DNA of 64,000 nt from Eledone cirrhosa. Lineage: Eukaryota. Numbering within the stretch: the first letter of the stretch is position 1; each line of letters begins with the position of its first letter. The position numbers were made by a program, and so were the translations under genes. This document shows positions 1 through 19,679 of this stretch, one piece after another. The notes under the pieces are model-generated. The model saw nothing but the letters and a program-made list of their open reading frames with translations. It was not told the origin of the DNA and did not search any database. The stretch spans positions 71,300,001-71,364,000 of the forward strand of contig OZ024741.1 of NCBI GenBank assembly GCA_964016885.1, in the 5' to 3' direction.

Positions 1-93
1 TATTTTTAGGTCATTCCTCACAACTTTGTCCCATTTTTTCCTTGGTCTCCCTCTTCCACAGGTTCTTCCCACTTTAAACGCTCGGGACTTTTT
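1..93 (-). mobile_element. RTE LINE 3' ORF fragment
   Basis: Reverse strand reads KKSRAFKVGRTCGRGRPRKKWDKVVRNDLK, the GRPRKxW C-terminal motif of the other RTE copies here. Confidence 0.7.
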
Positions 94-363
94 GTTCATA
101 CAATATAAGTATGGGTTCCGCAATTAGTGGAATATCATATGAAGGTTTAATAGAAAATACATTTAAGAACCATTACCGTATTTAGGTTTCCTTTGTTGCC
201 TTGTTCTCCTACGTCATATTATAGTTGATGGAGAGTACAATACACTTATTAAGTGTTTCTTCCAGACTAAAGCAGATAAAGCAAGACCAGATCAAGTTTT
301 AAGTACCGAATGTTGAACGTTTGAGTTGACAAACGCCTACGCTATTGATCAACTTTATCAGAG

Positions 364-800
364 TTGACGACAACAACAATGACAGCAACATCAATGACGA
401 CTACAGCAACAATAACAATAACAGCAACAACAACGACGACTACAACAACAACAACTACAGCAACAACAATGACAGCAACATCAACGACGACTACAGCAAC
501 AACAACAACAATGACAACAACAACAATGACAGCAACATCAACGACGACTACAGCAACAACAACGACAATAACAACAACGACGACTACAGCAACAACAACG
601 ATTACAGCATCAACAACAACAACAACACATACGAAAACAAAAGCACAGGCAACAAATATCGCAATAACAATCACAACAGCAATAAACATTGACAACAACA
701 ACACTTATAATAGCGACACCTGGAACAACTGTTATAATGACACCAACATCGACAATCACAACACCAACAACAATGACAATAAGTATTACAATAACCAAAG
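364..800 (+). repeat. Degenerate (ACA/AAC)n trinucleotide repeat with a higher-order unit; Thr-rich reading frame
   Basis: ACA runs with recurring AACAACAATGACAGCAACATCAA(C/T)GACGACTACAGC at ~371, ~463 and ~520. Confidence 0.85.
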
Positions 801-941
801 GATTGACATTTCCCTAGTTATTTTCTACCACTTCAAACTATATGAATGTTTTATTATTTGTTTTCTAAGTAGAGGTTTCCTTTTATAATATATTTTAACA
901 ATCTCCATATAAATAGAAATTATATTCTATATATATAAAAG

Positions 942-10284
<9,343 letters not shown>

Positions 10285-10335
10285 CAGACGTAAAATAAGA
10301 AAATTATAAAAATTAACTTACTTACTAAAATTTCA

Positions 10336-10419
10336 CTCCAACTAATTAGTTTCTGAAAGGGAATAAACATGGTTTCTGAATGAAACAACACGAGGAAAAA
10401 TCCTTTCGTCATCAGGGAG
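10336..10419 (-). ncRNA. Type I hammerhead ribozyme
   Basis: Minus strand: CTCC-CTGATGA-cGAAAGG..CCTTTCa-GAAAC-TAATTA-GTT-GGAG. Stem I is CTCC/GGAG and stem III is the palindrome ACTAATTAGT. Confidence 0.75.
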
Positions 10420-10870
10420 GTCTATTCTCAGCTAAGTTCCCAGGCAATGCGTGGACACAGGGAACTTATACAAAAATAATTCAGTGGATGGAAAAAAGCA
10501 AGCGAGGACTAAATTAGAGGACATTGAAAAAAATCACTGCCTACTTGGTCGGTGGCAAATTCAAAAGAATCAATGACGTGACATCGAGGTCAATCAGTGA
10601 GGAGTGGGGTGCTAATAAGACAGTAGCCTGACTATTACTATGAACCATAGTAGTAGTTTTGGCAAATTTTTGCTCAACAAAATAATTTGAAGATAATTAT
10701 AAAGAATTAGTATATCTACCAACATATATATACAGATGCATACCTATGCTAGCAAATATATAGGTTTTGTCTTAGTAACTTTGTGGTTCAATGCAAGGGG
10801 ATGCAGAACAATTATATGAAAGACGTAAAATAAGAAAATTATAAAAATTAACTTACTTACTAAAATTTCA

Positions 10871-10954
10871 CTCCAACTAATTAGTTTCTGAAAGGGAATA
10901 AACATGGTTTCCAAATGAAACAGCATGGAGAAAAATTATTTCGTCATCAGGGGG
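10871..10954 (-). ncRNA. Type I hammerhead ribozyme (second copy, weaker stems)
   Basis: Minus strand: CCCC-CTGATGA-CGAAA..TTTCA-GAAAC-TAATTA-GTT-GGAG. Confidence 0.65.
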
Positions 10955-11000
10955 GTCTATTCTCAGCTAAGTTCCCAGGCAATGCGTGGACACAGGGAAC

Positions 11001-12407
<1,407 letters not shown>

Positions 12408-12427
12408 TATAGCTCTCACAAGCCATT

Positions 12428-14112
12428 TAGGTGTTGATGAATGGCTTGTGAGAGCTATACAAGCCATGTATAAAGAAACAGTCAGCAAGGTTAGAATTAA
12501 CAACGAATATAGTGAAGAGTTTAGCGTAAAAGTTGGTCTTCATCATGGCTCCGTTCTTAGCCCCCTACTATTTATTATTGCCCTTCAGGCTATAACAGAG
12601 GAGTTCAAGACTGGCTGCCCATGGGAACTCCTATATACAGATGATCTAACGCTCATAGCTGAATCAATGGCTGAACTAGAGAAGAAATTCCAAACATGGA
12701 AGCATGGCATAGAATCAACAGGCCTTAAAGTTAACTTGTCTAAAACTAAAGTTCTAGTTTGTAGGAAGGAAAATAGGGCACCGGTCCCATCTGGGAAATG
12801 GCCATGCTCAGTGTGTAGGAAAGGAGTAGGCAGAAACTCCATTTTATGTCCCAAATGCAAAGTATGGGTGTATAAAAGATGCAGTGGGATCACAGGTAAG
12901 CTAACTAAGAATATAGATTTTATATGTGGCCGGTGCTCTGGTGCAATAAGTAGCAGCAAGTGCCTACAAAATACTAGTTCATTCCATTGCACAGATGGTT
13001 CTATAGAAATAGTGGACACCTTCCGTTACCTGGGTGACAAAATCAGCAGTGGGGGAGGGTGCTCTGAAAGTACAGTAGCTAGAGTCAGAACGGGATGGAA
13101 AAAGTTCAGAGAGCTTATACCACTATTGGCCGCTAATGGGTTTTCTCTAAAAATGAAAGGCAGACTGTACGATGCCTGCATACGAACAGCAATGTTACAT
13201 GGCAGTGAAACCTAGGCATTGTGTGCAGAGGATATACGCAGACTGGAGAGAAACGATGCTTGCATGCTCCACTGGATGTGTAATAGTAATATACATGAAC
13301 GGCAAAGCATAAACGAACTAAGGGAGAAATTAGGAATAAGAGGGATCAGATGTTGTTTACTCGAGAGAAGACTACGTTCGTACGGTCACGTGATGTTCAT
13401 GAAAGACGACAGCTGTATAAAAAAGTACAGGGCAATAAAAATAGACGGTAGCCACGGAGTAGGTAGACCCAGAAAAACCTGGGACGACTTGATAAATTCC
13501 GACCTCACACACTTACACCTCTCCAAGACAATGTCACTGGACCGAGATCTTTGGCGCTACACAGTTATACAGAAGACCCGCCTTGCCTAAGTACAAAGCG
13601 AAACCTACAGTCAGTAGGCACCTCTAACAAAATACACCCCCGTCCCACTACCCCCCACCCTATCCACACCACCCCCTTAAATGTGAAGTTATGTTGGTAC
13701 CACAATATCCAGTCCGAAACAAATGAGGTCGTGTAGGTGTCACGACAAAAAACACACAGTCCACGCTGTAATGTGGCCGTGTAGGTAACATGGTAAAAAC
13801 CTCCCAGTCCACACTGTAAACGTGGTTGGTGTTGGGAAGGGCACCCAGCCGTAGAAAACCCTCCAGAGGTATAGGTGTCACAACAAAAAAACACACAGTT
13901 CACGCTGTAATGTGGCCGTGTAGGTAACACGGTAAAAACCTCCCAGTCCACACTGTAAACGTGGTTGGTGTTAGGAAGGGCATCCAGCCGTAGAAAACCC
14001 GCCAGACAATCCTATACGAGCAGGACAACCAATCTTGCCTCAAGTGGAAAACTCCCGTCCAAACCCATGCAAGCGTGGAAGATGGACGTTAAACGATGAT
14101 GATGATGATGAT
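12428..14112 (+). mobile_element. RTE LINE, 5'-truncated (copy A), inactivated
   Basis: RT motifs GLHHGSVLSP and YTDD, PHD-like insert, FRYLG, GRPRKTW. TAG at 13213. Duplicated 3'UTR block and (GAT)n tail. Confidence 0.93.
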
Positions 14113-14129
14113 GCTTATATATATATATA

Positions 14130-15150
14130 CTAGTAGAGGTACCCGGCGTTGCTCGGGTATTAAATAGTAGTTGTGTATACCATTTATGTCAATACTTCAG
14201 TGCTACTTCGAAAACTATACTTTTACAAAATCATCGGCTTTTTCCAAATATGTGCCAATTCTGAGAGTTCACATTCATCTGTAGGACAAACGTAACCCAT
14301 GTGTCAAGTTTTGTGAAAATCGGTTGTGAACTCCAGAAGTTATGACGTTTTGTTGCATTGCACTGCAGTGCTTCAGTCGACTCCAAGGAAGTGGTCAAAG
14401 GGGGTTATCTGCCGGGAGGCCCTATAATCAATATCTGTAAAAATGAAAGTGCCCATGACCATCCGGAGTACATAAGTAACCTATGTCTTAAGTTTGGTGA
14501 AAATACTGTAGAAATGCATAAGGTTTATACACGCGCGCGCTCGTGTGTGTGTTTGTGTGTGGAGTGGGGTGGGGGGTATGTATTTGTGTGTGCGTATGTA
14601 TGTGTATGTCCGTCGGGGCCTAAATCTTCACTATTTACTTTTACTATTTTAATAACCTCTGTCATTTTTGTTTTCAATTTTATTTACATCATTCTTAAAC
14701 TCCGGGGCTGGAAATCATTCTATTATTTTAAATAGAATATTAGTCTAACGACTCCATTTATACCATAAACTTGGTCTTGTCTTTGCATGAAATTGTTCTT
14801 CACGATCCACACAACGACGTATTATCCTCACTTATTTTCCCGTTCATTGCCAGGGAACGTCTTCACAAACCAAAATATCGTCTTCCTGTTTTTGTTCGGT
14901 TGGAATGTTTCTCGAAATATTGACTTCTGCGTTCACAGATTACTCTCAGTTCAATTTGAATGGGAAATTCCTGTTTCATCGATTTTCTCCGTAACCATAG
15001 ATGCTTGTACCCTAAAAGTCAACTCAACGCCTCTTCGGGTCATTCTGCATAACTGTGTAAATTTTCGCTGCATTCCACCAAGCCATTTCGACGTTTATCC
15101 GACTACACCTACATATACAACGTCCGACCACTTCCAATTTATATAGTAGA
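14130..15150 (-). mobile_element. Non-autonomous Helitron
   Basis: Minus strand starts TCTACTATATAAA and ends with the hairpin CCCGAGCAACGCCGGG followed by CTAG. Inserted between A and T with no TSD. Confidence 0.85.
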
Positions 15151-15264
15151 TTTGTTTATATATGAATGACAATAAGAAAAGTACAAAACTATACATGAAT
15201 TGTTTCTACTAAACCTTCAATTTAAGACACAACCTACATATTTGATAGGACTCCAGCTCACACT

Positions 15265-15345
15265 TTCTTCTTCTTCTTTTGCTCCCCCTGGAACATTGGG
15301 CTGTGAGCCACCCCCACACAATGCCATGTTCTGAGTCTGCTTTTC
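15265..15345 (-). mobile_element. Short 3' fragment of another RTE-like LINE with (GAA)n tail
   Basis: Minus strand ...GCCCAATGTTCCAGGGGGAGCAAAAGAAGAAGAAG resembles RTE 3' ends. Confidence 0.4.
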
Positions 15346-15732
15346 AACTCCACCATGATGCACGGTGCGTCATGGTGTATCTAACCATTTTTTTAGTTCT
15401 TACTACGGCTGATTTCTTCCAGAGAGAAAGAAAGAGATGGAAAAAGGCAGAGAAGATTCATCCCCGGAGGAATAATAAAAAATGTTTACACTGCACATTT
15501 CATTTTTTCAAAGCTAAAGCTGCCAATCCAAAATCAGTAATTCAACTCCCTGAAAACTTTCAAATATATGCTGTTCTAGCATGAATATTATGCTAAGGGG
15601 CAGCTGTCCACAAAGTAAGATTTACTTCATATCCCCACTCATATAAACACATAAATACATGCATACATACATTACAGTTGATATTTTTTTTTATTAAAGC
15701 GTTTTCATATTATATATATATATATATATATA

Positions 15733-16027
15733 TAGTGACGAAACATAAGTCAATTGCATGAACTCTTAATCCTTTATTTACTGCTTTATTTGTATGAAAT
15801 TGTAAATAAGACAAAAGTATGAGAACAGGGGGAAATAACTCACCGAACGTGATAGTAAATAGAGCGTTTTGGGGCCCCATGGACCACATTTTTCAAGTTA
15901 GAGATTTGAAACCTCGTCTATTTGCTTCCTTGGCACTTTTTAGGTGTGTAAATTTTCATGTCCGTCCGACCACGTCTACTACCATTTAACCATCCACAAC
16001 TGAATTCAACCACCACTCATTTCACAA
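15733..16027 (-). mobile_element. Possible solo LTR
   Basis: Minus strand TGTGAA...GTCACTA with AATAAA ~45 nt from the end, inserted in TA. No clear TSD. Confidence 0.3.
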
Positions 16028-16105
16028 ATATATATTAGATATATAAGCATATATATATATATATATATATATATATGCTTATATATATATATATATATAT
16101 ATATG

Positions 16106-16174
<69 letters not shown>

Positions 16175-16195
16175 ATGCTTATATATCTAATATAT

Positions 16196-17260
16196 AACTC
16201 CATTCTCTGCCCCAAATGCAAACAATGGGTACACAAGAGATGTAGCGGGATCTCGGGAAGCTTAATTAAGAATGTAGGATTCACATGCAGCAGCTGCGCT
16301 GAAACAGCAAGCAAACAGCCACAGGAAACAAGTACCACCAATCTCTGGGAGGGCCCTGTAGAAACAGTAGACAGCTTCTGCTACCTAGGTGACCGAATTA
16401 GCAACGGAGGTGGGTGCTCAGAAAGTACAATAACTAGGGTAAGAACGGGATGGAAGAAGTTTAGGGAACTACTACCACTGCTAGCTGCAAAAGGCTTCTC
16501 CCTCAGAATGAAAGGCAGACTGTATGATGCGTGTATCCGAACAGCGATGTTGCATGGTAGTGAGACCTGGGCGCTGAAGGTGGAAGACTTACGTAGATTA
16601 GAGAGAAACGAAGCCTGCATGCTCCGATGGGTGTGTAACAGTAATATACGTGAACGACAAAGCATAAATGAATCAAGAGAGAGACTGAGCATAAGAGGAA
16701 TCAAATGCTGCGTGCAGGAGAGGCGGTTACGCTGGTATGGACATGTGATGCGTATGAAGGATGACAGCTGCATAAAAAGGTGCAGAGCACTAGAAGTTGA
16801 TGGAAACCGCGGAGTGGGGAGACCCAAGATGACTTGGGATGAGGTGATAAAAGCCGACCTTACCCAACTACACCTCTCAAAGACAATGACACACGACCGT
16901 GACTTCTGGCGTCACGCAGTAATACAGGGTACCCGACCTCCCATGGGTACATGCTGAAGCATATAAACAATATGCCCCCACTCCCCCCCACCGCAAGGTG
17001 GTCGTGGAGGTGCCACGGCAAAAAAAAAGCACCCAGCCCACACTGTAAAGTGGACATGTAGGCGCCACGAAAAAGCACCCAGCACTCACTGTAAATGAGG
17101 TTGGTGTTAGGAAGGGCATCCAGCTGTAGAAATCAAGCCAGATCAGTTCCTGTATGAGCAAGGCATGGTCAGCCGACCAGACACTGCCCACAACAGGACA
17201 ACCCATCTAACCCATGCTAGCGTGGAAGAACGGACGTAAAACGGTGATGATGATGATGAT
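16196..17260 (+). mobile_element. RTE LINE, 5'-truncated (subfamily B)
   Basis: [32 protein letters not shown], followed by 3'UTR and (GAT)n tail. Confidence 0.92.
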
Positions 17261-17677
17261 GCTTATATATATATATATGCTTATATATATATGCTTATAT
17301 ATATATATGCTTATATATCCATATCCAAAATTAAGATAAATCAAATGAATTTAATCTAAATCAATATTAATATTGACTCTAGCTACTGTACTATCACCCG
17401 CAAAATAAGCTCTAAGATTCTAATGAGTAGGTCCGAGCATTTTAAAATAACTAGAAATTGATTAACATATAAATAAACATGCAATTATCTCCTGTGATTA
17501 TTCATGAAATTATCTCCTGTGATTATTCATTTTTATTTATATGTTAAACAATTTCTAGCTATTATATGCTTATATATATATATGCTTATATATATATATA
17601 TGCTTATATATATATATATGCTTATATATATATATATATGCTTATATATATATATGCTTATATATATATATATATGC

Positions 17678-19494
17678 ATAGAGGCATTAAATTAATCGAC
17701 CAGGTCATGAAGGTCACGGAAAAAGTAATAGCGCAACTAAACAGAGAGAGAATTGATCTAGATGAAATGCAGTTCGGGTTTGTGTCAGGCAAAAGTACCA
17801 CAGACGCTCTTTTCATTGTACGACAACTACAGGAGAAGTACCTAGCTAAAAGTAAACCCCTATACTTAGCTTTTGTTGACTTGGAGAAAGCCTTCGACAG
17901 AGTCCCCCGTTCCATTATCTGGTGGGCTCTTAGAAAACTAGGTGTTGACGAATGGCTTGTGAGAGCTATACAAGCCATGTATAAAGAAACAGTCAGCAAG
18001 ATTAGAATTAACAACGAATATAGTGAAGAGTTTAGCGTAAAAGTTGGTGTCCATCAGGGCTCTGTTCTTAGCCCCCTACTATTTATTATTGCCCTTCAGG
18101 CTATAACAGAGGAGTTCAAGACCGGCTGCCCATGGGAACTCCTATACGCAGATGATCTAACGCTCATAGCTGAATCAATGACCGAACTAGAGAAGAAATT
18201 CCAAACATGGAAGCACGGCCTAGAATCAAAAGGCCTTAAAATTAACCTGGCTAAGACTAAAGTTCTAGTTTGTAGGAAAGAAAATAAGGCGGCGGTCCCT
18301 TCCGGGAAATGGCCATGCTCAGTGTGTAGGAAAGGCGTAGGTAGAAACTCCATTTTATGTCCCAAATGCAAAGTATGGGTGCATAAAAGATGTAGTGGGA
18401 TCACAGGCAAGCTAACTAAGAACATAGATTTTACATGTGGCCGGTACTCTGGTGCAATAAGTAGCAGCAAGTGCCCACAAAATACTAGCTCTTTCAATTG
18501 CACAGAGGGTTCTATAGAAATAGTGGACAGCTTCCGTTACCTGGGTGACAAAATCAGCAGTGGGGGAGGGTGCTCTGAAAGTACAGTAGCTAGAGTCAGA
18601 ACTGGATGGAAAAAGTTCACAGAGCTTATACCACTATTAGCCGCTAAAGGGTTCTCCCTAAAAATGAAAGGCAGGTTATACGATGCCTGCATACGAACAG
18701 CAATGCTGCATGGCAGTGAGACCTGGGCATTGTGTGCAGAGGATATACGCATACTAGAGAGGAACGAAGCTTGCATGCTCCGCTGGATGTGCAATAGTAA
18801 TATACGTGAACGGCTAAGCATAAACGAACTAAGGAAAAAATTAGAAATAAGAGGGATCAGATGTTGTTTACTCGAGAGAAGGCTACGTTGGTACGGTCAC
18901 GTGATGCGCATGAAAGACGACAGCTGTATAACAAAGTGCAGGGTAATAAAGATAGACGGTAGCCACGGAGTAGGCAGACCCAGAAAAACCTGGGACGAGC
19001 TGATAAATTCTGACCTCACACGCTTACACCTCTCCAAGACAATGTCACTGGACCGAGACCTTTGGCGGTACTCAGTAATAGAGAAGACCTGCCTTACCTA
19101 AATACAAAGTAAAACCTACTACAGTCAGTAGGCATCTCTATCAAAACACGCCCCCGTCCCACCACCCCCACCCCATCCACACCACCCCTTTCAATGTAAA
19201 GTTATGTTGGTGCCACAACATCCAGGCCGAAAGAAATGAGATCGTGTAGGTGTCACGACAAAAAAAACACACAGTCCACGCTGTAAATGTGGCCGTGTAG
19301 GCAACACGGTAAAAACCTCCCAGCCCCACACTGTAAATGTGGTTGGTGTTAGGAAGGGCATCCAGCTGTAGAAAACCCGCCAGACAGTCCTATGCGAGCA
19401 AGACAACCACTCTTGCCTCAAGTGGGAAAACCCCCGTCCAAACCCATGCAAGCGTGGAACACGGACGCTAAACCTTGATGATGATGATGATGAT
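17678..19494 (+). mobile_element. RTE LINE, 5'-truncated (copy C), RT frame open to 19101
   Basis: [27 protein letters not shown]; (GAT)n tail. Confidence 0.95.
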
Positions 19495-19679
19495 GCTTAT
19501 ATATATATATATATATATGCTTATATATATATATATATATATGCTTATATATATATGCTTATATATATATATGGTTATATATATATATATGCTTATATAT
19601 ATATATATATATATATATGCTTATATATATATATATGCTTATATATATATATGCTTATATATATATGATTATATATAAG

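Noticed and set aside
14358-15146. ORFs inside the Helitron
   Set aside because: No Rep or helicase motifs; partly microsatellite.
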